The notes under the pieces were generated by a model. That model was not told where the DNA came from. It ran no database searches and saw only the letters and a program-made list of their open reading frames with translations. A stretch of DNA of 64,000 nt from Camelus ferus. Lineage: Eukaryota. Positions 25,901 through 37,943 of this stretch are shown here, piece after piece. The DNA lies in NCBI RefSeq assembly GCF_009834535.1, contig NC_045697.1:54748001-54812000 (forward strand), written 5' to 3'. The translations under genes were made by a program, and so were the position numbers. Each line of letters starts with the position of its first letter. Position 1 is the stretch's first letter.

Positions 25901-28424
25901 AGAAAGCTATACAAAGCTTCCTCTATGTAGGATTACTACAATAATGTACACAAATAATTGTCTAACTTCCACTTAAATTCTATTTGCACAAATTCCCAGG
26001 AAGATTGTTTTTTGTTTTCTTACATTTTTTCAGTCAGTCTAAGGGATGGGATGACTAGTTCTTCCATTTCCCCAAACAATTCAGTACAAATATAGAATGA
26101 AGGCAATCAGCATACACTGATACATTATCAAATGAGAAATATCAGCTATCATGCTCTGAATATTAACTCCTCATTTGAAACAAAGCAATTGTGTTGAGTG
26201 AGAAACTTTTTGACTTACCAGGTCTCCTTCTTGTCAGTGTATCCAGTGCCTGGATAACATATGTTAATTGCATCTATATAACCTCATAGCAATCCCCTCT
26301 TCCAATTTATCCTTTGCCCACAATCTCTTCACAGTACCTTATCACCCTGCTTATTGCCTTCACTCACTGTAGTTCACATTTTACACATATGCAAGCTAAA
26401 ATTTTAAATTTATTATTACTATACTTGCACGAACTATGAATCTTCCCAGACTCATCTCAGTATCAGCCTTGTCTTAACGGGGTGCTTTTCTTATCATCTT
26501 TTAATCTTTACCTCCTATTCACCTACCCTAGTTTTTCCCACTAACTCAAATTTGCTGCTAATTACTCCATCAACTAATTCCCAACCACTCACGTCTGAAA
26601 CTAAAGTCCATTTAAAACCCAGAAGTTCATTTACAGTCCGAAGTTACTGAAACAGTCATAAGGAAAAGGATAAGCTCAATTTAATCTAATTGATATTTAT
26701 TGAGTTCTGTATGTAAAGTAGTGGGTGCTAAGTACTATGTGAGGAAGAATAAACAAGTGAGAGGGGGCTGAGGTCAGGTGAGGAAGTACTGACTTCAGTG
26801 ATTAAGTTTTGCAAGAAGCCATAAATCATGGTGATGATCAGATGTTCCTAGAAGTGGGAGTGTGGGTTGGATTATGTGATTAATGACATTAAGGAATTCT
26901 ATTCTATATTGTTAGGACTCAGAAAATTAGAACTGTAACCTATGCAAAATAATCTCTGAAGGTGAAATTGTAAAGGGTTCACGGAGTGGGTTGACAGAGA
27001 AAAACAGATGATATAATGACCACAGAAAACTCAGTGGGGCTTAAAGAGACAGAGAAGCTTCTGGTCCAGCATTTCCACCATTCTGTCTGGTACAGGTACT
27101 GTGTTTGGTGACAAGAGTCACATTTTTTGAAGGATATGGGTTCTGGAGAAAGGTCCTATCAGACAACATAGTCTGATAACCAAATGGAGGTATACTGAGA
27201 AACACTGATTTTGTATTACAAAAGTGATGCTTTCCTTATTAATGTATTTTTCTAGATACCTCTATCAGTCATGCAAACAAATATTTTTAAAACTAATTAA
27301 TCTGGGATAAAATGACTAATAAATTCCAAGTCTATAGAATTGGGAGTTGTGGGAAGACCACTTTACTCATTCTCACTAGAAAAAGACTTGTATAAAGGTA
27401 CGATCTCTATTTTGATAAACATGGTTGACAGCTATTGTCCCCTGCAAAATTGACATGCTCCACCAGTAGTGTTTCCAATTAAGGAATTTTGCCAATCTAA
27501 GAAATTTATGCTATAGTATAGTTTCAAGCAGGTGTTCTTTTTTTTTTTTTTTGATGCTTTCTACTTTAATTATACCACAGTCTATTTTTGCCCTTTGATG
27601 AACATGAAAAGTGTACTACTTTGATACTGCATTTGAGTCTTAGCATTGAGATTGTAAAGTCAGTAGACTTATTAGTTTGGCCACTCTTTGTCCTAAGTGT
27701 TCTGAAAATATTGAAGTATAGTTACAAGAGCTTTCTAAGACTGACTGCAAGCTCTCCCCAGAAAAGCTTAAGAAAGAAACATTTCCCCTCATTGATTACC
27801 ACATGCCAATTCCATTATAAATATGCATGCATGCTGACCTTTTAGTTTGTTTTCCGGAATGCAAATTCAATAGAGCTCCTCTCCTGTTGCACATGCTGTG
27901 ACAGTATTTTGGGGGCATTGGAACACAAATGGGGACATCAGTCTACCCACTTCATTTCAGAGCCCCTGTACAGAGCCTTGTTTCTGGTTCCTCTGTGGTC
28001 TAAGCTCCTGCCAGTCAGCAGGTCTGGAGTTTAAAGATTTCTTTATACTGTAGCTCTACAAGCTTACATGAAGAGCAAATTAATCCAAGACAAATAAAAC
28101 GAATACTGAGTGGTCTTCTCTTTCGGACTTGAAAAACAAATATGCCTGCATTGTTAGATGGTGTGTATGTGGATGCAGGCTTGCATGATACAGCTGCTAA
28201 GCTAAAATAACAAAACAAAACCCCAATTAATTTTTCTCATAGGCAGAAAAAACTCATTTTCATTTGTGTGATTTTGAAGGCCTCCATTCATTACAGCACT
28301 GCCAATCAAAACACACACTGAGAGACTGAATAACATAGCACTTCCATTTAGAAAGGTATTTTCAGATCCCTTGTACTAGATTTTACTCTGTATGTTCAGC
28401 AGTTGCTGCATAATTATTGCTTCC

Positions 28425-28790
28425 GTGTACTGACATGCCAGAGTTAGACACTGTGCTAGTCTATTGTGTTTATACTTTGTAGAAATTATCTATAATCCTC
28501 ATAACAACCCTGCAAGGAACATCTTATTTTCCCAATTTTAACAGAGGAAGCAGAACCTAGAGAAGTTAAGTGTAAATTCCACGTTCAAATTATGATTCCC
28601 CACATCATCTTATGATCTTGAGTGGGCTTCTTAACCATTCTGGGTGTCAATTTCTTCATCTCTAAAATGTGGACAAAAATACTATCTACTCAGAGATTTG
28701 TTTTGAAAATGAAAAGAGTTAATTTTTAAAATAGCATATATATAAAAAAACCTATAGTAAATATTACGTTAATATTTGGATAGTATTATT
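28425..28790. mobile_element. Two adjacent MIR fragments in opposite orientation (about 28425-28570 minus, 28585-28790 plus)
   Basis: 'aatcctcataacaaccctgcaagg...ttttaacagaggaagcagaacctagagaagttaag' then 'caatttcttcatctctaaaatgtggacaaaaatactatctact'. Confidence 0.7.
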
Positions 28791-28874
28791 ATTATAACAT
28801 CACTATAATTGACTATTTTGTCTATTTCCTGAGCATCTAAGAATTTTTCCATTTTTCAAATTGCTTTGCTTTAG

Positions 28875-30550
28875 GTACCTGTGAGAACAGAGAATAAAAT
28901 GAGATTAAAAATCCTTGGGCTCATGAGGTTTTCATCCTAATAGAGATGGATAGTTAATAAAGACTATAAGTAGAACACATACATGTTATATGGTGAAAGT
29001 TGAAAAAGAGAAGAACAAAGCAGTGAATGGGGACAGAGGGTCAGAGTTGGGGTTTCTATTTTTAAATATGGTGATTGGAGGAAACCTTTTTGAGAAGAGC
29101 ACAGTCTGAACAAAGACCACACATAAAGAGATGAAAGATTGAGTCATGTGTGTGTGTATGTGGGAAGAGCATTCCAGGCCATGAGGGCAGCGAACACAGA
29201 CACTCATGTGAAACTGTACCTGGCAAGTCTGAGGAAGAACAAGATGCCCAGCAGGGTAGGGACATAGAGGAGTGAGATTATAGGAGATGAAAGTCAGCAA
29301 AGAGCTACATTTTATATGGCTTTGGAAGCCTTTGTAAAAACATTGGCTCTTAATCTGAGTGAGATATTAGAGACTTTCGAGCAGAAGAGTGATATGATCT
29401 GACTTATAGGTTTCCCTAGGATCCCTGTGGCTACAGTGTTGAGAATATACAGAAAGTCACAAAGAGACCACTTAAGAAGCCATTGCAATACTCTGGGCAC
29501 AAGGTGATGGTGGCTTGAGCCAGGATAATAGTGGTGGAGGTGGTGAAATGTGGTTGGACTCTGGAAATATTTTGAAGATACAGTTGGTGGGATTTGTTGT
29601 TGGATAGGATAATATGTAAATGTGTGCAAGAGAGAGAAAAGTTGAGTGACTCTGAGGGTTTTGGCCTGAGCAATTTGGAAGAAAGAAGCTGTTCTTCACT
29701 AAGAAAGACTGTGATAGAAGATCTGGGGAGAAGAATCAATTTGGGCACTCAGTTGGAGCATTCAACCCTTGAGATGCCTATTAGTCATGCATGTGGAGAT
29801 GTTGAGGGGTAGTTTGAAGTTAAGAGGCGAGGCCCTGGCTGGAGATTAAATTCGGGAGGCATCATCATGGAGGCAATATTTAAAGCCTTGGATGAAATCA
29901 CCAAGTAGATGAGGCTCAGGGACCAAATCCTGGGTTACTCAATTGTTAATGCTGGTGAGCTGTGAGGAAACTAGCACACAGACCATAGGAACTACCTGGT
30001 GAATTATTAGAAAGTCAGGGGAGTATGGAGATTTAGAAGCCATGTCAAGAAGGAGCAAATGATCAAATGTGTCCAATGTTCCTCATAGGTTAAGTAGGAT
30101 GAGAGTTAAGAATGGACTCTTGGATTTAATAATGATGAAGTCATGTTGACAATGATAAGAGTAAGAGGACTTTTCATGGAATCATGGAGGCAAAAATCTT
30201 ATTGGAATGAACTTAAAAGAAAATAGAGGTGAAATCAAGAGACAAATTGTGTTTTAATGAGAGAAAGATTACCATGCTTGCATGATGATGAAAGAGAGGC
30301 ACTGGAAAAAGTGAACAATATGCAAGAGAGAGAAGAAATCAGCTGGACCAATATTCAAGCAGGCAAGAGATGATGGTCTCTATTGCAAAGTAGAGGCATT
30401 AACCTTAGCTAGGAACATGAACAGTTAATTCATAGTAACGAGAAAGAAGGAAGAGAACTTAGATGGATAGGGGAGTGGGAATAGTAGGAAAACTTGTTAA
30501 AGTCATCTGATTATTTCATTTTTCTCAGGGAAAATAAGAAAAAAGTTCAG
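28875..30550 (-). mobile_element. L2 LINE (L2a-like)
   Basis: 'gggaagagcattccaggc', 'gagcagaagagtgatatgatctgactta', 'ggttggactctggaaatattttgaag', 'gagggttttggcctgagcaatttggaaga'. Confidence 0.9.
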
Positions 30551-31494
30551 GGAACAAGGATGGCTAGGGTGTCCTGGGTTTCTTGTGATGAAGACACAAA
30601 CAGTAATTAAAGGCATTATGAAGTTAGTACTGATGGTCTCAAGGCTAGCCTGAACTGGCAGTGTTGAGGCAGGACAAAAGGATGGCAGTCTTACCTAGAG
30701 TTGCAAAGTTCTGCCATTTTCACTGGACACTAGGCAGTGAGGGTGTGAAGGACCATGAGATGGGCTTACGCCTGGTACTTGGGAATCCCTCTGAACCCTG
30801 CAGATGGAAAGCTGGAGGAGGGAAGAGGACAGTTTTACTTTATAGGCAGGTCTCCCTGTGTGAGGCTACCTTTTGGCCCTGTTGGTGGAAAGAACACTCA
30901 CTCAGCTCATGGCCCCATAGTTCCTCAATACTTTGTCTTTAAAGGCAAAAGCTATAGATCTGAATAAAATTTAAAGGGATTTAAATACTAAAATCAGGCT
31001 ACAGTACTAATATTGACTAGCCAGTGTCCAAGGGCTAATGAAGTGTGAAGATCCCGGGAGCTTCTGTTTTGGATTAATTTCTCATTTGTACTTGTTTTAT
31101 TCATGGCATGGGGTCAGTTCTTTTCTATTTTAATTAAATTGATTTCCATCATTTAAAGATTATCCAAACAGGACAGATAATTTTGAAGACTTAGGGAAAT
31201 TATCCATCATTAATGAGGGACTGAAAACTATCCATTGAAAGTAGAAAGATTTGATTTCACAAGGTAAAGCAGTATTCAAACAACCCATTATTTAAAATTA
31301 ACCACAAAATAATCAGACTGATTTTCTTATGCTGAGCCAGTATTATTATTTTACAGTCAGAGATCTTCTTATATGGTGTATATATTCATTTTAAAAAACA
31401 GCAAAGCTTTTTGTGAGTTTCCATACGGGATTGAAAATAACATTATTTGCTTTTTAAAATGAGGTTCATCACTACATTCCCAGGAATAAGGAAA

Positions 31495-31700
31495 TAATAA
31501 TGATAGTCAGCAGCTGTCACATGGGTACTATGTGCCAGATATATTGTCTTCTTTATTCTTTAAAATAATTCTGGGACATAGGTATTATTAGTTTAGTTTT
31601 ATAGATAAGAATTACCATCAGACAGATTCATAGATTGCTCAAACTGCTAGCAAAAAGGAGAACAGGGACTTCGAGTCTGTCTGCTCTCAAAGTTGTGCTA
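31495..31700 (-). mobile_element. MIR SINE
   Basis: 'tactatgtgccaga...taggtattattagtttagttttatagataagaa...gggacttcgagtctgtctgctctcaaag'. Confidence 0.6.
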
Positions 31701-33601
31701 GTATGGTATTTTTCCAACTCTTTTTACCTTGAACTTCTCACTCTAGACAAATCAGTCAGGATGGCTTTATGAATAAGCAGGGTAGATGATTACTTATACT
31801 CAAAAAACTAACTCTACTTCCCCTCAGTTCGTCACTATAATTTCAGGCTTTGGGGTCATGATGTTTTAGTCTTCGAGAATTCAATTTATGTTTAAAATGC
31901 TATTACTTGTGAGAAGGGTCATTCATTCAGCCATTATCAGCTAACATCTTTATTACTAATCAACTATGGAGCATTAATTACGATTTGACTGCCCGAGGAG
32001 TAAAAATATTCACCCAGATAAGATCTGGAGATTGAAGAGAATTCTTGGGGAAAGATGCCAAGAGGAAGGAAATGTAAATTGATAGGGAGTTGTAGGCCGG
32101 AAATTTATCTACTTCATGATTTGGTTGAGTATCCGTTCTCAGTCCCAGTAGAGAATTTTATAGCTAGAATTTGGACCTTAAAGATCAAGCATTTCAATAC
32201 TTTCATTTTGCATATTACAAAGCCTAGCTCCACGATCACACAGCAGGTTGGAGGTAGAAGAAAGATCACAAATCACAGACAGACCAGATCCCTCCCCATC
32301 ATAAGACCACCATGCCAGGTTGTTGTCAGGTCATCACCTTTGAGTCTTCATGTGCTCTCCTTCCTTCCCTATTTTGGAGTTTGAGCCATATACTTGTTTT
32401 TCCTCACTTCCTTTGGGGTTTCTTTGATATAAGAAGCACTGTTCTTTAGTTCTCAACCTCTTCCACCTCTTTGTGGGTCCCCCAAATCAAGGTCACTAAT
32501 ACATAAGTTTTACCCCAAGAGCTATGCCAAAGAGAATCAATTACTTCCACACTTACAGGTCTAGAAAAAAGGAGGTAAAACTAAATTGCACGATCTTGCT
32601 TAAAACAATTCCCATTGTCAATATTAGGGAACCTGTCAGCAATAAGAAAATGCACAAGCAGCAATTTCAAAAATGTTCAGAGGCAATTAACTCACAATCA
32701 GCCATCTCAAATTCACTGTCTTTCAAGAAGAACTCAAAATCTTCTTTGTTCTCATTTTCTGGCAAGGTTATCATTTTCTGGCAACAATGAATAGTTGGTG
32801 CTAAATATACAAAGAATCAGCTTTTGCTTTAGAAACTGTATGTGGAAGCCTATGAAATCTTTAACCAAGCAGTTTTAACCATCCGTGACCAAAAGAATCC
32901 TCTGAGCACTCTAAATCCCCACACACAATTCTATTAATTTCTAAGCTCAATGTGTTGTCCAAATTCTACCAAACAAATAATAGAATTGACTCCTATAACC
33001 AATCACCATTCATCTAATCAAGTTACTAAATCCTTTTTCATCTACTGTGGATACTAAGCAAGACTGAAATGAATAGATTTAGTGTCCTTTGAGGTTATGT
33101 GGAACTTGAAACTCTTGATGGCAATTTGCCTATGAGGTAGTCAATAGGTCATTTGTGTGTGGGAAGTTGTGCCAGACAGATATTGACCTTTGCATTTACA
33201 TCTGGTCCTCAACTTTGAATCCAGCTCAAAATCAGTCTGACCAAATTGACAATGGAATCTAGCCTCTCATTGCTATTTTATGTAGGTGGTTGGCCTGGGT
33301 AGAGAAGGGAAGGGGAAAGTCTGGATGTGAACTATAGGGTTTTAAAATATGCTTGCAACTTAATCTAATCTCATTCTTCTTTTTTTCAAATCTCATTCTT
33401 GAAGACATTTTTGAGCTCAGATAACAGAGAAGAAAGGCTTCTTTGTCCCTAGAGAAAAATTGTTTGTTTACTAATAAGGGTGCAAAGAAGTGAATGTTTC
33501 CTCACATGCTGGAATATTTTAATAAGTGTAGTTTTAGTTGTGGCCTCCAGTGTTTCTGTCCATAGTGGCTTCCTACTCCTCAGAAGAGTATTTATATATG
33601 A

Positions 33602-34303
33602 TGTGGTAGGCAGCTTGTGACATAACTCTCAATGAACACTCCCCTACCTTTTCTCCCTGGTGTTTATGTCCTCATGAAGTCCCTCCCCTTGAGTGTGGAT
33701 GGACCTCGTTTCTTAAACAGAATATGGCAAAAGTGATGGCTGTCAACTTCTGTGGTTAGACTACAGCAGACTGTGACTTTCATCTTGCTGGCACCCTCTC
33801 CTCCCCTCTAACTTGCTTCCTCTCAAGGTGAGTGAGAAGGTTCTCAGTTGAGCCTTAAGATGCAGCCTTGTGAGGTATCCAGAGCCAAGAACCCAGCTAA
33901 CCATCACTCAGATTCTTTTTTTAAATTGAAGTATAGTCAGTTTATAAAGTGTCAATTTCTGGTATAAAGCATAATGTTTCAGTCAAACATGTACATATAT
34001 ATATTCCTTTTCATATTCTTTTTCATTTTTATCATAGTTTACTACAAGATATTGAACAAAGTTCCCTGTACTATACAGTATGAACTTGTTGTTTATCTAG
34101 TTTATATATAGTAGTTAGTGTCTGCAAATCTCGAACTCCCAATTTATTCCTTCTCACTCACTTTCCCCACTGGTAACCATAAGTTTGTTTTCTGTCTGCA
34201 TCACTCAGATTCTTGAACTGCAGAATTAGTGAGATAATAAATGCTGTTTTGGGTCACTAAGTTTTGGGGCTAATTTATTATGTAGTAATAGATAACTAAT
34301 GCA
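33602..34303 (+). mobile_element. MaLR solo LTR (MLT1F/G-like) split by an L1 fragment
   Basis: Starts 'tgtggtaggcag', contains 'ccctccccttgagtgtggatggacct' and 'aatatggcaaaagtgatgg', ends 'aatagataactaatgca'. Confidence 0.88.
33918..34198 (-). mobile_element. 5'-truncated artiodactyl-type L1 3' end
   Basis: 'ttttttaaattgaagtatagtcag...gttccctgtactatacagta'; perfect 16-bp TSD catcactcagattctt at 33902-33917 and 34199-34214. Confidence 0.93.
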
Positions 34304-34383
34304 TAGTGTAATTAGGACACTACTATAGTCTTAGACTTATGAAAAGTGTGGAAAACAAAGTCTGTATGAAAAAGCACTTTTAT

Positions 34384-35850
34384 TCTTTCATTCAGCAAAT
34401 ATTTATTGAGTACCCATTATGTGCGAGGTAGTTTCAGATGCTGGCATGCAGCAGTGGACACACACCTAGGTACAAATCCCTGCAGAGTGGGAATGATCTA
34501 TTTCATCCCAAAGGAAGACTTGTGGTTACTAGTGTTGTCCTAGATAAATTCCATTTTCCTTTATTAACTCACCAAAACTGTATTGGATGCCATTTTTAGG
34601 AAGTCAACAATAAACTCACTGTATCATGTAAAAAATAAGAATTAGCACGCAAATTATAATAAGACAAATATCATTATAAGCAAAAGGTCCTTAATCTGTT
34701 ATTGCACTCTGCTAGGTGTTCCTGACTTTAGTGACTAAGTTAGATGCCATTTCTGAAAGATGAAATAAAAGGGGAGGAGCAGATTTAGTCTTAAAGAGGA
34801 TGAGATTGCTTTTTGATTTGTCTGAGTTTGGGGAATATCCAGGTGGAAAGAACTCAAGAGTGAGCTTGGGATTGGAGATTAACATTTGGAAGTCCTCAGC
34901 ACAGAAATGGCAGTTGAAACCATAGTATGGAGGGGCTTGTCCAGGGAAATGTATAGAGTGTGAGGGAGCACAAATATTTAAGGAGGGGGCATTCATGACT
35001 GAGAAGAAGAGTTGAGTAGGTAGGAAGATGAACAGGAAGGAATATCTTTAAATATTCCAGTGGAGAAGAGGATTTCATAGATGAAGAAGTACCATGTTTA
35101 ATCATGTGACTTCAAAGAGCTGAGGGCTGAAAGGTGTTCCTTTCATATAGGACGAAGAAGAGATTGATGCCAATAATTAAGAATAGCTTCAGTGGGGATG
35201 GTGAGGGCAGAGGTAGGAATGAGTGGGTTGAAACATAGACATTCATGATAAAGGAATCTATAAGATGAAGCTCAGAAAAGGTGGATGTAATAATTACAGG
35301 TCATAATGTTAGATAGCAATGGAAGTCTTTTTTATTTTCTGTTTGGATGGAAAACATAGGTGGTTTTCAGCTGCAGGATAAATAGAACATGAAAAAATTT
35401 TATGATTTCATGTAGTAAATTTCATATCTTTTTGAAATTTTATCTTGTTTCTGACAAAATACAATGTTTGATTGGTGCTTGTACTGAAACATTACACTGA
35501 GACTTAGGAACGTTATTCTGACCTATGAAGGATGCATGGGCTCTCTCTCCTCTATCTCTCTGAGTCTGTGCTTAGCACAGAGTGATGAGAAGAAGGGGAG
35601 GTCAGCACTGTTGCCTACTCTTGGCTGTGAAAAAACCGTGATTCATAAGGATACAGCTAAAGGAGACATAGGGAATTTTTCTTTTCTTTTTTTCTTTTTT
35701 TGCTAGGGATGTGAGTATGTATTCAGGATGAAGGATAGACATTAAAAAAAGTAAAAGTTTGAGAGTTTAGGAAAAAGAGGGAAATTTGATAGAATATGAT
35801 TTCAAAAGAGACGGATTAGGATGAGATCTATAGAGCGTACAGAAAAAGAG
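34384..35850 (-). mobile_element. L2 LINE fragments (tail at 34384-34480, body about 34700-35850)
   Basis: Tail 'tcattcagcaaatatttattgagtacc'; body 'gaatatccaggtggaa...gggaagtcctcagcacagaaatggcagttgaaacca'. Confidence 0.7.
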
Positions 35851-35871
35851 ATACTTCTGAGACTGAAGTAG

Positions 35872-36038
35872 AGAGGTCTAAGAATGCCGCCTACCTTATC
35901 AGTAAACAAAGGACACTGCACCATCAGGCCATCAGCCAATACTGCTGCCCCCAGCGGTGCACCGGGAAGGAACACAGGATGGAGACAAACAGGATATCTG
36001 CTGTCAAGTTCTCAATTTCTGCAGCCCTCTCCGGGAAC
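35872..36038 (+). mobile_element. 5' fragment of a relatively young artiodactyl ERV1-type LTR
   Basis: 'cagtaaacaaaggacactgcaccatcaggccatcagcc...cccccagcggtgcacc...caggatggagacaaacaggata' resembles recalled artiodactyl LTR U3; four CpGs retained. Confidence 0.6.
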
Positions 36039-36039
36039 T

Positions 36040-36940
36040 ATAACAAAGGATTTAACATTTGTGTCATTGAAGTTTTAGAAGAAGACAATGATATGGGGCT
36101 GAAAAGTTATTTGAAGAAATTATGGCTGAAAAATTCCCACATTTGGCAATAAACCTACAGATTCAAGAAGCTGAGTAAACCCCAGACAAGGTAGATCCAA
36201 AGAAATACAGATCCAGATACATCATAAACAAATTCCTGAAAACTAAAGACAAAAAATCTTGAAAGCAGTGAGAGAGAAATGATGGTCTCTTTACCTCTAA
36301 GGGAAAAATAATTTGAATAACAGTGGATTTCTCATCAGAAACCATGGAGGCCAGAAGGAAGTAGCAAACATAATTCAAGTGCTGAGAACAAAGACCTATC
36401 AGCCTGGATTCTATGTCCTTCAGGAATGAAGGGGGAATCAAGATATTCTCAGATGAAGGAAAATTAAAAGAATTTGTCACTGGCAGACCCACCCTAGAAG
36501 AATGGCTGAAGGAAGTTTGAAATAATGTTTGAATAAAGGAGTTTTGAAAAAGAAAAGAAGTGATAAGAGAAAAGGAATATTAGAACATCAGGAAGGAAAA
36601 AAGAAAATGGAAAAATAAAAAAAATGGGTAAATACAGTTGATTTGCTCTTCTTGAGTTTTCTAAATTATGTTTGACAATTGAAGCAAAAATCATAACATT
36701 GCCTGGTGAGGTTCTGAAAGTGTGTAGAGGGAACACATGCAACAATTAGGTTGTAATTGGGGCGGGGGAAAGAATTTAAAGGGAAGTAAAGTGGACACTG
36801 GCAAAATGTCAACCCCTGGAGGTAGTGATGAGCTTTGTGTGTACAATGTACTAGAATCACTCAGAAACACTTTAGGTAAATCAAAATATAGGATTCCAGA
36901 AAAGATAAAAGTCATCTCCAGAAAAGCAGGGAAAAGTGAG
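36040..36940 (+). mobile_element. Old L1 ORF1 3' half plus inter-ORF region
   Basis: 'ttgaagaaattatggctgaaaaattccc', 'acagattcaagaagctgag', 'tttctcatcagaaaccatggaggccagaagg', 'ttctcagatgaaggaaaattaaaagaatttgtcac'. Confidence 0.88.
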
Positions 36941-36941
36941 G

Positions 36942-37196
36942 CCCAAAGTCCTTTCTGGGGGGCGAATCTATTAGAAAAGGAGCGCATGCTCTGGATGCCT
37001 AGAGGAGAATGTCTTGTGCTGTAAACCCAGTGGCACTCACTGTGATTCTGTTTCTGCACTTGACATCAGTCTTTCATCTCAAGATTGCCTTCATTGTTTA
37101 AAAATTTTTTTCAGTTAAAGACAAAAAAACTTGCTAAACTTGGGCCAATTTTAGGGGAGTTTTTAGCTTGATCTTACCCCCAAGATATTCTTTAAT
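36942..37196 (-). mobile_element. Probable LTR fragment, family unassigned
   Basis: Reverse strand reads 'taaagaatatcttgggggtaagatcaagctaaaaac...cagagcatgcgctccttttctaatagattcgcccc', U3-like; weak recollection only. Confidence 0.35.
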
Positions 37197-37210
37197 AATA
37201 AACCTTGGTG

Positions 37211-37826
37211 GTTGGGTTGCCAGATAAATTCAGGAGGCCCAGTTATAATTGAATTTTAGATAAATAAAAAACAAATTTAAGTATAAAGTATATGCCAAAG
37301 AAAAATACCATATATCACTTACATGTGGAAACCTAAAAAAAAAAAAAGGCCACAAATGAATTTATTTACAAAGCAGAGACAGACTTACAGACATAGAAAA
37401 CAAACATAGTTACCAGGGGTAAAGGGGGTAGGGAGGGATAAATTTGAAATTTGGGATTTGCAGATACTAACTACTATATATAAAAAAGATAAACAGCAGG
37501 GTCCTAATGTATAGCACAGGGAACTATATTCAATATCTTGTAATAGCCTAAAATGAAAAAGGATATATGTATATATATACACATATAACTAAATCACTAT
37601 GCTGTACACCAGAAATGAACACATTGTAAGTTGACTATACTTCAATAAAAAAATTTTTTTTAAATAATCAAAAAAAGTATATGCCAAATACTGTATGGGG
37701 TATACTTATTTAAACACAATATAATAATATTTTATAAATTTTCTAAATAAAAATATTTCTTGTTTATCCAAAATTCAAATTTAACTGGTAGTCCCATAGT
37801 TCTATTTGCTGAATCTGGCAACCCAA
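37211..37826. mobile_element. MER53-like MITE split by an L1 3' fragment
   Basis: Terminal inverted repeats 'ttgggttgccagat' / 'atctggcaacccaa'. Confidence 0.9.
37300..37673 (+). mobile_element. 5'-truncated artiodactyl-type L1 3' end
   Basis: 'tatcacttacatgtggaaacct...tgtatagcacagggaactatattc...gactatacttcaataaaa'; perfect 15-bp TSD aaagtatatgccaaa at 37285-37299 and 37674-37688. Confidence 0.93.
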
Positions 37827-37888
37827 CTGGGAGTGAAAAAAAGGGCAGCCCTTAAACATGAGCATCTATGTTTTCTCTTTCTTTGTTA

Positions 37889-37891
<3 letters not shown>

Positions 37892-37942
<51 letters not shown>
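37892..37942. repeat. Perfect (AC)n microsatellite, about 25 units
   Basis: Seen directly. Confidence 0.97.

Positions 37943-37943
<1 letters not shown>

Noticed and set aside
28986..29812. Six overlapping ORFs
   Set aside because: All lie within an L2 element.
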